From Bacteriovoracaceae bacterium (lineage in GTDB: Bacteria > Bdellovibrionota > Bacteriovoracia > Bacteriovoracales > Bacteriovoracaceae): a stretch of DNA of 14,928 nucleotides. Each line of letters begins with the position of its first letter. Position 1 is the first letter of the stretch. Below the pieces are notes generated by a model, which was not told where the DNA came from, searched no databases, and saw only the letters and a program-made list of their open reading frames with translations. The stretch is taken from the NCBI GenBank assembly GCA_041586955.1, contig JBFGZE010000082.1, positions 1-14,928 of the forward strand, in the 5' to 3' direction. The position numbers and the translations under genes were made by a program. Shown piece by piece: positions 8,229-14,928 of this stretch.

Positions 8229-9458
8229 TTAGTTACTAAAGACTTCCGTCGAGAGTACCATAAGGTAATAATCTAGGGAACTGTCTTTTCCACGAATTGG
8301 CATAACATTAGAGTAACCTTCGAAGATATACTCAGGTTCTTTCTCTTCTGGCAGCTCTTTTGGAGCGTGGCCGTCTTCTTGACTCTGCGCTTCTTCAGAA
8401 TCCTCAAGATTCTGCCCATTGTCATCAGACTCAACTTTTTTTAGTGGAATTTTGACTTCGGTATTTTCAATTTTTGACCGGCGCTTAATCGCCAACTCAA
8501 AAGACTCGATAATAAGAGGCGGAATAATTGAGGCGGTCATTTCCTTACCAATGACATCTTCTGATTGCACCTGAAGAAGATTATACATCTTATTATTCAT
8601 ATAACTAAGATTCCCCTCTGCATTGGCGACCAGAATAGGTTTTTTCACCATATTCGCGAGAGCATCAAACTTGCGATTTTCGACCGAAATTTTATCCGCG
8701 CGCAATTCTTCAAAGATCTTAAAGTTCTGGATCATCTTATTCATTTCACGGGCGATTTCACCAATTTCATCATCTTGAGAATAATAGATGGAAACGTCAA
8801 AATTACAATCTTGTAGCTCGCGAATCGCATCTTTAATTTTCTTAAATGGCAGGGCAATTTTCCCCGGAACAACGAGGGCAAGAATAATCGTAAAAAGAAA
8901 AACAATGATTAAAATAATCATCAAGATTCTTTTCGTTTCCTCAATGATTTTTTTTATTTTTTCATCACGCTCTTTACTTCGGGAAAATTGGAGTTCCTGA
9001 AATTCAGAGAAGGCCTCCAGGATTTTATCGGCCAAATCCCCAATGGTGGCAATACCGACAGTATCCCTATGAAAGAGCGCTGCCTTGGACAAAACCAATT
9101 TAAGCGAGTCCACATAGGATAGCATCTGAGTGACCACTTTTTTAACATTGGAGTCCTTATAAAAGGCATCTAAGTCATTTAATTGCGCGGTAAAACTATC
9201 ACATAAGGTGGTGATGGTCTCCACCTGCTCAGGCGTGGGCTTAGAGGTTAAGATTTTTCTTTGATATTTTAAAATAGAGACCGCGGAGATTCTAATTTCA
9301 TCTGTCAAAAGCGCGACACGATTTGATTTTTCAGTGATATCTTCGATGTCTCGCTTAAGAGAGTCTAAATAATGGAAAACGATAAAGCCGAGGGAGATCA
9401 CCACTAAATTGGCAATCACAAAACTCGTAGAAACTCGTCCTCTTAGTGAAATATTCAC
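8229..9458 (-). CDS. Membrane sensor-like protein: TM - periplasmic helical domain - TM - HAMP - PAS, with no kinase or other output domain
   Basis: TM1 near aa 12-31 and TM2 near aa 178-197. HAMP motif IALPFKKIKDAIRELQDCNFDVSI...DEIGEIAREMNKM. PAS start FDALANMVKKPILVANAEGNLSYMN...DVIGK. The protein ends right after the PAS strands. Confidence 0.8.
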   Translation of the reverse strand: MNISLRGRVSTSFVIANLVVISLGFIVFHYLDSLKRDIEDITEKSNRVALLTDEIRISAVSILKYQRKILTSKPTPEQVETITTLCDSFTAQLNDLDAFYKDSNVKKVVTQMLSYVDSLKLVLSKAALFHRDTVGIATIGDLADKILEAFSEFQELQFSRSKERDEKIKKIIEETKRILMIILIIVFLFTIILALVVPGKIALPFKKIKDAIRELQDCNFDVSIYYSQDDEIGEIAREMNKMIQNFKIFEELRADKISVENRKFDALANMVKKPILVANAEGNLSYMNNKMYNLLQVQSEDVIGKEMTASIIPPLIIESFELAIKRRSKIENTEVKIPLKKVESDDNGQNLEDSEEAQSQEDGHAPKELPEEKEPEYIFEGYSNVMPIRGKDSSLDYYLMVLSTEVFSN

Positions 9459-9464
9459 TCTTTT

Positions 9465-10160
9465 CTATCCTTCGGCCAGGTCTGCAAAGAGACGGTTAAA
9501 GTTTTTCTCGCTACCCACGAGAACCACGATGTCATCAGATTCAATAATATCCATTGGCATCGGACAATCGTTAATTTCAACTTTAAAAGCAGACTTACCT
9601 TCTTCAGTAATAAAGGGCACTCTTTTTTGCAAGGCCACAATATTGAGAGAATAATTTTGGCGGATTTTTGATTCCACCAATGTTTTCCCTTCAAACTTTT
9701 TACCTAATTTTAATTCAACAATAGAATAACCAGCAGCAAAATTATAGCGCTGAAGAACGTGAGGGGCGACAATTTTAGAGGCAATAATCTCCCCCATCTC
9801 CTCTTCCACTTTAATAATTTCCGAAGCTCCAATTTCTTTGAGAACATGCTCATGCAAAACCGAAGTGGCACGAGCAACAACACGGCCCACTCCTAGTTTC
9901 CGCAGCATGGCAACCGCCATCACCGATTGTTCAATATGATCACCAATCGCCACAATCGCCACATCCACGTCAGAAATGGTCACCGAGCGCAAGGATCTTT
10001 CGTCGGTCACATCGAGGGCGACAGCATGGGTCACACGATCTTTAAGTTTTTCAACAAGAATTTCGTCTTTATCGATCGCCACCACATCAGCTCCCTTTTC
10101 GTAGAGCCGAATAGCAGTTTTCGCACCAAAAGTACCTAATCCAATAACAGCGACAATCAT
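9465..10160 (-). CDS. ktrA: KtrA/TrkA-family K+ uptake regulatory subunit (RCK_N + RCK_C)
   Basis: VAVIGLGTFG nucleotide-binding motif, AIDKD, DVAIVAIG, VARA and the C-terminal GKTL...NIVAL...DIVVLVG. ATG at 10160 preferred because the track's TTG abuts the AAGGA RBS. Confidence 0.85.
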   Translation of the reverse strand: MIVAVIGLGTFGAKTAIRLYEKGADVVAIDKDEILVEKLKDRVTHAVALDVTDERSLRSVTISDVDVAIVAIGDHIEQSVMAVAMLRKLGVGRVVARATSVLHEHVLKEIGASEIIKVEEEMGEIIASKIVAPHVLQRYNFAAGYSIVELKLGKKFEGKTLVESKIRQNYSLNIVALQKRVPFITEEGKSAFKVEINDCPMPMDIIESDDIVVLVGSEKNFNRLFADLAEG

Positions 10161-10199
10161 ATAACCCAATTCCTTATATTATCAATTATAGCGAAAATC

Positions 10200-11921
10200 C
10201 TAACCGATCATAATCCTACCATCTGGATAGTCAAATTTTCCTCTTGCCTTCTGCTGCTGACCTATCGCAATAATCAAGGTCAAAGGGCCAATTCGGCCAA
10301 TAAACATGAGGATAGAAAGGGCAATTTTTCCTGCCATCGATAGAAATGGAGTAATCCCCAAGGTTAATCCAACTGTCCCCGAGGCCGATAAGACCTCAAA
10401 GAAAATGGCCAAGAAATTCTGCTCGGGTTCTAGCTTCATTAAAACTAAAATAAAGAAGCTGGTAAATAAAATTGAAATAAAGGTTAGAGCGGTAGCCCGA
10501 ACCACCATAGGGCCCGGCACTTTACGGCGGAAAATCGTCACTGATTTTTTACCTTTAAGAGTAGCAATAATGGACTCCGCTAAAATGGCCAAAGTTGTGG
10601 TTTTAATCCCACCGGCAGTTGACCCAGGACTCCCGCCAATAAACATAAAAAGAGTCATAAAATAGAGTGTATAGGTATTGAGGTTCGTTAAGGGCAGAGT
10701 ATTAAACCCTGCCGTTCTTAAGGTCACCGATTGAAATAATGAAATTTGAAACTTATCAAAAAGAGAGTATTGGTCCAATGAGCCCAGGTATTCACCAAAG
10801 AAAATAAAGATCGTACCCGAAAGAGTGAGAACAGCACTGGTGTATAGGACAATTTTCGTATGCAGACCTAACCGCTCTTTAGTGCGCTTTTTGGTCACCA
10901 CTTCCTTCAACTCACGCAGGACAATAAAACCCAATCCTCCCAAGGTAACGAGAGTCATAATGGTGAAATTGATCAAAGGATTAGTGGCATAAGTCTCTAG
11001 ACTAGTATCAAAAAGTGAAAAGCCAGCGTTACAAAAGGCCGAAATCGAATGAAAAAAGCCATAATACATCGCTTGCCCAAAATCGAAACCTTCAAAGGTA
11101 AAGGCAATGGTCAAAACAATGGCGCCCCATAATTCTATGAGAAAAGTATATTTCACAATATCCACAACCATAGTAAAAAGATCTTCCATAGAGGAAACAT
11201 CGAGAAGATCCTGCATAATCACTCGATAATTCATTCCCATCGATTTCCCCAAAAGAATGGTGACAACCGAATAGAGAGTCATAATAGAAAGACCACCAAT
11301 TTGAATTAAAATGAGGCAGACGAGTTGGCCTATCATAGAAAAATCAGTACTCAATGATCTTGTCCCAAGCCCGGTCACACAAGTGGCAGAAGTCGCCGTA
11401 AAAAAGGCATCCACAAAACCAATCACTTTTCCTTTGGCGGCACTCACTGGTAACATTAAAAGAAAAGTTCCCAAGAGAACAACAACTAAAAAGGTCAACA
11501 TAACCCATTGGGCCGGCTTTAAGCTCAGCGTTTGAAAGAGGTCCCCTTTCCCGGAAATTCTTTTTTCCTCTGCCTCCTCATCATAAATAGAAAGAATAGA
11601 GAACAGGAGATGGGCCGAGGAAAACCAATAGGCAAAATCTAAGTCCCCCCAGGTAATGAGGAGAGGAATAAAACAAATAAGGGAAAAAATATCACGACGA
11701 ATATAATCTTCGATACTTTTAGAGGTGAGGAAGCCGGCCAGAACTTTAATAAAAAGGACTAAAGGAATAATAGACGAGCCATACGTCAATATCTGATTTA
11801 TCGTTTCGCCTTCCCAATTGCCTGGGAGACGATTAAAAGTCTTCATCGACATGAAGATAATAAAGGAACCATTGATGAAAAATTCCAATAAAAAAGGTAT
11901 CTTTTGAAGTAGTGATGGCAT
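10200..11921 (-). CDS. ktrB: KtrB/TrkH-family K+ transporter membrane subunit with an approximately 135-aa N-terminal membrane extension
   Basis: Four pore-loop glycine motifs SATCVTGL, SAFCNAGFS, LRTAGFN and SASGTVGLT. Intramembrane loop GGSPGSTAGGIK, MFIGRIG and a YP...IMIG tail. Confidence 0.9.
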   Translation of the reverse strand: MPSLLQKIPFLLEFFINGSFIIFMSMKTFNRLPGNWEGETINQILTYGSSIIPLVLFIKVLAGFLTSKSIEDYIRRDIFSLICFIPLLITWGDLDFAYWFSSAHLLFSILSIYDEEAEEKRISGKGDLFQTLSLKPAQWVMLTFLVVVLLGTFLLMLPVSAAKGKVIGFVDAFFTATSATCVTGLGTRSLSTDFSMIGQLVCLILIQIGGLSIMTLYSVVTILLGKSMGMNYRVIMQDLLDVSSMEDLFTMVVDIVKYTFLIELWGAIVLTIAFTFEGFDFGQAMYYGFFHSISAFCNAGFSLFDTSLETYATNPLINFTIMTLVTLGGLGFIVLRELKEVVTKKRTKERLGLHTKIVLYTSAVLTLSGTIFIFFGEYLGSLDQYSLFDKFQISLFQSVTLRTAGFNTLPLTNLNTYTLYFMTLFMFIGGSPGSTAGGIKTTTLAILAESIIATLKGKKSVTIFRRKVPGPMVVRATALTFISILFTSFFILVLMKLEPEQNFLAIFFEVLSASGTVGLTLGITPFLSMAGKIALSILMFIGRIGPLTLIIAIGQQQKARGKFDYPDGRIMIG

Positions 11922-11964
11922 ACTAATATTCTACCTATTCCCTTCAAGAATTGAGTGAGGGTTG

Positions 11965-11994
11965 TTGTTGCCGACTGAAGGCCAAAATTATAAT
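11965..11994 (+). promoter_or_regulatory. Putative sigma70 promoter for the methyltransferase-pilF-rodZ run
   Basis: Perfect TATAAT at 11989-11994, with TTGTTG (18-nt spacer) or TTGCCG (15-nt spacer) upstream, in the divergent intergenic region. Confidence 0.45.
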
Positions 11995-12015
11995 CGCTTT
12001 GCAGGATATTGAAAA

Positions 12016-13128
12016 TTGAAACATGAACAATTCACCATCGATCACATTGACCCCCTAGGTCAAGGCGTCGCCAAACAAAGCGGACGCGTTATTTTCATTC
12101 CTAAAACCTTACCCGAGGAAAAAGTTCAGGCCGAGGTTCATAAGAAAAAGGGCAAAGTCGAATTTGCGACTCTCATCAAGGTTCAAGAACCAAGTCATTT
12201 AAGAGAGTTGGCCAAATGCCCTCATTACTCCCAATGCAAAGGATGCCATTATCTCCATACCTCCTATGAAGAAGAATTAAACTTTAAAAAGATGGCACTC
12301 GCTCGCCTTTTGGCCCCTTTGCCAATAGGCCCAGAAATTCAGGTTTATCAATCCGAGCAACGGGACCATTATCGCAACCGCCTACAACTGCACTATAATA
12401 AGTCCGATAAATTACTCGGTCTCATCGAACCAATTCATCAAAGAATCCTTCCTATCCCCAACTGCCAACTACCGCAAAAGGAATTGATTCCTCACTTAGA
12501 GGCGCTCTATCACAATAATGAATGGCTGAAACGAATTCCCGACAATTCTCCTCGCAAAGGCCATGTGGAAATCTACCAATTAAATGGTGAAGTCCAAATA
12601 ACTTGGAATCAACACTATAGTGCTGGCGGCTTTACTCAAGTAAATGCCCAAATGAACCAACTTTTAATCGAAACGCTTCACCAAGAATTACGAGAGGAGA
12701 ATATCCCTGCTCTTTTCGACCTCTTTGGTGGCAAGGGAAACCTCACTCATAGACTCGATCAAGTCCCAACTATGGTGATCGATTCTCTGCCTTTTAAAAA
12801 TGGCCATTATCTCTCTCACCAAACTTACCTTCAAGCCGACCTATATAAGTCCAATATACTCGAACATTTAGAAGAAAAAATTCCCGCTCGCTTTAACCAG
12901 GCCGATCATTTGATCATCGATCCTCCCCGTAGCGGTTGGAAGGATCTCCCCCGTTGGCAAAGGTCCTTTAAGCGAATTGATTATATCTCCTGCTTTGCCC
13001 CCACTATGATTCGTGACATTAGGCCTTTAGTGGAAAGTGGAAACTATAAAATCGCGGCCGTCCGACTTTTTGATTTCTTTCCTTCCACTCATCATTTTGA
13101 AACTCATTTAACACTTATAAAAAGTTAG
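12016..13128 (+). CDS. TrmA/RlmD (RumA)-family RNA uracil-C5 methyltransferase with TRAM-like N-terminus and Fe-S Cys motif
   Basis: IDHIDPLGQGVA...FIPKTLPEE (TRAM-like), CPHYSQCKGC plus IPNC, YRNR, FTQVN, DLFGGKGN (SAM binding), DPPRSG, catalytic YISC and DFFPSTHHFE. TTG start with AGGA RBS. Confidence 0.88.
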   Translation: MKHEQFTIDHIDPLGQGVAKQSGRVIFIPKTLPEEKVQAEVHKKKGKVEFATLIKVQEPSHLRELAKCPHYSQCKGCHYLHTSYEEELNFKKMALARLLAPLPIGPEIQVYQSEQRDHYRNRLQLHYNKSDKLLGLIEPIHQRILPIPNCQLPQKELIPHLEALYHNNEWLKRIPDNSPRKGHVEIYQLNGEVQITWNQHYSAGGFTQVNAQMNQLLIETLHQELREENIPALFDLFGGKGNLTHRLDQVPTMVIDSLPFKNGHYLSHQTYLQADLYKSNILEHLEEKIPARFNQADHLIIDPPRSGWKDLPRWQRSFKRIDYISCFAPTMIRDIRPLVESGNYKIAAVRLFDFFPSTHHFETHLTLIKS

Positions 13129-13211
13129 AAAACACCGTATTCTTGCCATTTGTCGGTTTTCAAACCCGTATTGGCCGTTTACAATATGGAAAAGAAGTTG
13201 AGGGAGGTTCC

Positions 13212-14015
13212 ATGCTAAGGACTGTATTAATATTAGGTACGTTAATCCTAATCATGGCCTGTGGCCATACCACTCCAAAAATGAAGGCCGCAAAACGCAA
13301 GGCCCATTTATACTATGTCCATGGAACCAATGAATTATTACGGAAAGAATATAAGGACGCTCTCAAGAATTTGAAAGAAGCTGCCCGCCTAGATGATAAA
13401 GACAGTAAAATCCACAATAATTTAGGCATGGCCTATTTCTTTCGCGGGGCAAACGACCTGGCCATTACTCACTTAAAAAAGGCGGTTAAACTCGATCCCA
13501 AAAATGCCGATGCCATGAATAATTTGGCATCCCTTTATTTTCGCAACGGTCAAAACATCGATGCTGAAAAGCTCTACCTCCGCATTCTTAAGGATTTGAC
13601 CTATAAAACTCAATACCGCACCTATTATAATTTAGCTCTCATTGCTTATAAGCAGCGCAATTATAAACGCGCGATGAGTTATCTTGATAAGTCCCTCAAG
13701 GAATTACCTGAGTATTGCCCCGCCCATTACCAAAAAGGACTCTACTTTACTCATAAATTTAGGTACGATAAGGCACTTTTAAGCTTTAATGAGGCCATTA
13801 AAGGCCAATGTTACGAAAGTCCTGCGGCCCATTATTATATCGGTAAAACATTAATTGATCTCCAACGCTACGAAGAGGCCCAGAGGAAATTTTTAGAGAT
13901 TATAGAGAAGTTTCCCACTTCGCCTTATAATCAATTATCGAGCAAGAAAATGAGCGAATTAAGCCGCTCCAACAAGGTGCTTAAAAAAATGAACACTAAA
14001 TCAGCGACGTTTTAA
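13212..14015 (+). CDS. TPR lipoprotein, PilF/PilW/Tgl-like type IV pilus secretin pilotin
   Basis: RBS GGAGG before the ATG at 13212. Lipobox IMA-C. TPRs (IHNNLGMAYF, AMNNLASLYF, TYYNLALI, AHYYIGK), the DLTY motif and position immediately before a rodZ-like gene. Confidence 0.75.
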   Translation: MLRTVLILGTLILIMACGHTTPKMKAAKRKAHLYYVHGTNELLRKEYKDALKNLKEAARLDDKDSKIHNNLGMAYFFRGANDLAITHLKKAVKLDPKNADAMNNLASLYFRNGQNIDAEKLYLRILKDLTYKTQYRTYYNLALIAYKQRNYKRAMSYLDKSLKELPEYCPAHYQKGLYFTHKFRYDKALLSFNEAIKGQCYESPAAHYYIGKTLIDLQRYEEAQRKFLEIIEKFPTSPYNQLSSKKMSELSRSNKVLKKMNTKSATF

Positions 14016-14928
14016 TGATGGAAGAGAATAATAACTCAAAGACAAATAAAAAAGAGAATTGGGCGCCAACCGACAGCGAAGAGCAGACGGGACTGGAAGC
14101 TAAAAATGACGGTATCCCATCAACGATTGGAGAATTCTTTAATCGTGAAAGAGAGCAGCGTGGCTTTTCCGTTAAGGTCATTGCCCAAGATACTAAAATC
14201 TCTTCCACCAATATTAATGCCCTAGAGCAAAACCAATTCCACCTCTTACCTGATAGGGCCTATGTTCTTGGCTATGTAAAATCTTATGCCAAAATTCTCA
14301 ACCTTGACCAGGCCCTTTGTGTCGAGTTGTTTAATCAAACCTATCAAGCAGTCATGGACACGCCTCAAACTCCCAACGTCGTCGTTGAAGAACCAAAGGC
14401 CCAAGAAACAATAGGGCAAACATCAAATGATTTCTACCTCAAAGCTGGTGCAGGAATCGTTGGCCTTTTTATTATCTTTGCTGTCATTTCCTTCATTGGA
14501 AATAACTCCACTGAACAAACTCCAGAAGAAACTATTCAAATAGCTGAACAACCAACAAATGAAGTTCAACCACAAATAATTAATAATCAAAGCCCCCTCA
14601 ATAGTGGCGAAACAATTATAACTCGCACCACTAAAGAAGGGCTTCAAGAAACGACAACGAATGGACAGCAAGCTGCCTTGGCCGCAAAAAAGGCGGAAGA
14701 AGAACGTCTAGCTCTCCAAGCGAAAAAAGCGGAAGAAGAGCGTAAAGCACTCCAAGCAAAGAAAGCGGAAGAAGAGCGCAAAGCACTCCAAGCAAAGAAA
14801 GCGGAAGAAGAGCGTAAAGCACTCCAAGCAAAGAAAGCGGAAGAAGAGCGTAAAGCACTCCAAGCAAAAAAAGCGGAAGAAGAGCGTAAAGCACTCCAAG
14901 CAAAAAAAGCGGAAGAAGAGCGTAAAGC
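14015..14928 (+). CDS. rodZ: RodZ-like protein (cytoplasmic HTH, one TM, periplasmic repeat stalk); 3' end beyond the window
   Basis: Absent from the ORF track because there is no stop in the window. Manual translation from the ATG overlapping the upstream TAA: MMEENN...TIGEFFNREREQRGFSVKVIAQDTKISSTNINALEQNQFHLLPDRAYVLGYVKSYAKILNLD (HTH_25-type RodZ motif), TM AGAGIVGLFIIFAVISFIG, then (AKKAEEERKALQ)n. Confidence 0.85.
   Translation, partial: MMEENNNSKTNKKENWAPTDSEEQTGLEAKNDGIPSTIGEFFNREREQRGFSVKVIAQDTKISSTNINALEQNQFHLLPDRAYVLGYVKSYAKILNLDQALCVELFNQTYQAVMDTPQTPNVVVEEPKAQETIGQTSNDFYLKAGAGIVGLFIIFAVISFIGNNSTEQTPEETIQIAEQPTNEVQPQIINNQSPLNSGETIITRTTKEGLQETTTNGQQAALAAKKAEEERLALQAKKAEEERKALQAKKAEEERKALQAKKAEEERKALQAKKAEEERKALQAKKAEEERKALQAKKAEEERK
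14684..14928 (+). repeat. 36-bp coding tandem repeat, 6 full copies plus 1 partial, continuing past the window end
   Basis: Unit GCAAAGAAAGCGGAAGAAGAGCGTAAAGCACTCCAA starts at 14684, 14720, 14756, 14792, 14828, 14864 and 14900. It is in frame with the rodZ ORF and has no spacers. Confidence 0.97.

Noticed and set aside
8196..8229. Frameshifted histidine kinase pseudogene continuing after the HAMP-PAS ORF
   Set aside because: Only 33 nt separate the stop from the lepA start, and no H-box or ATPase remnants are visible.
92..10665. Short track ORFs (92-280, 329-514, 763-999, 2421-2645, 2533-2733, 3517-3723, 4604-4926 group, 6344-6529, 7339-7575, 7356-7559, 7987-8184, 8565-9169 group, 9409-9694 pair, 9927-10139, 10306-10665)
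   Set aside because: All lie antisense to or out of frame within well-supported genes and have no recognisable motifs.
11922..12015. c-di-AMP (ydaO) riboswitch upstream of ktrB
   Set aside because: The intergenic region is only 94 bp, is shared with a divergent promoter, and shows no recognisable aptamer or terminator structure.
13143..13211. Track's longer TTG start for the TPR protein
   Set aside because: The ATG at 13212 has a GGAGG RBS and puts the lipoprotein signal peptide at the N-terminus.
11311..14671. Short track ORFs 11311-11535, 13996-14211 and 14423-14671
   Set aside because: They are antisense shadows of ktrB and rodZ.
14631..14903. Minus-strand hydrophobic repeat ORFs (LLGVLYALLPLF and CLECFTLFFRFL)
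   Set aside because: These are antisense shadows of the rodZ repeat. Variation is synonymous in the plus frame but non-synonymous in the 90-aa antisense frame.
14684..14928. 36-bp repeats as a CRISPR array
   Set aside because: The units are directly adjacent with no unique spacers, vary mainly at synonymous codon positions, lie in frame within rodZ, and no cas genes are present.

Overview
A bacterial chromosomal segment of roughly 40% GC (estimated by eye). Gene content and protein style suggest a Bdellovibrionota/Bacteriovoracales-like or other deltaproteobacterial-type genome; this is an inference. From left to right it holds: a partial Nit1-type carbon-nitrogen hydrolase, translationally coupled to UDP-glucose dehydrogenase; a divergent UPF0104/LPG-synthase-TM flippase-like gene; a convergent GT2-like glycosyltransferase; a secreted protein with a papain-like Cys-His-Asp signature; and a small Cys/Lys-rich repetitive lipoprotein. 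Next comes a long minus-strand run: ktrB with an extra N-terminal membrane domain, ktrA, a TM-sensor-TM-HAMP-PAS protein with no output domain, lepA and a hypothetical gene. The window ends with a divergent plus-strand run of an RlmD/TrmA-family methyltransferase, a PilF/Tgl-like TPR lipoprotein and a RodZ-like protein whose periplasmic part is a 36-bp tandem repeat running off the edge. I saw no rRNA, tRNA, CRISPR array or mobile element. The best candidates for undescribed biology are the Ktr operon with its kinase-less HAMP-PAS sensor and extended KtrB, the metallothionein-like lipoprotein, the papain-fold secreted protein and the repeat-expanded RodZ.
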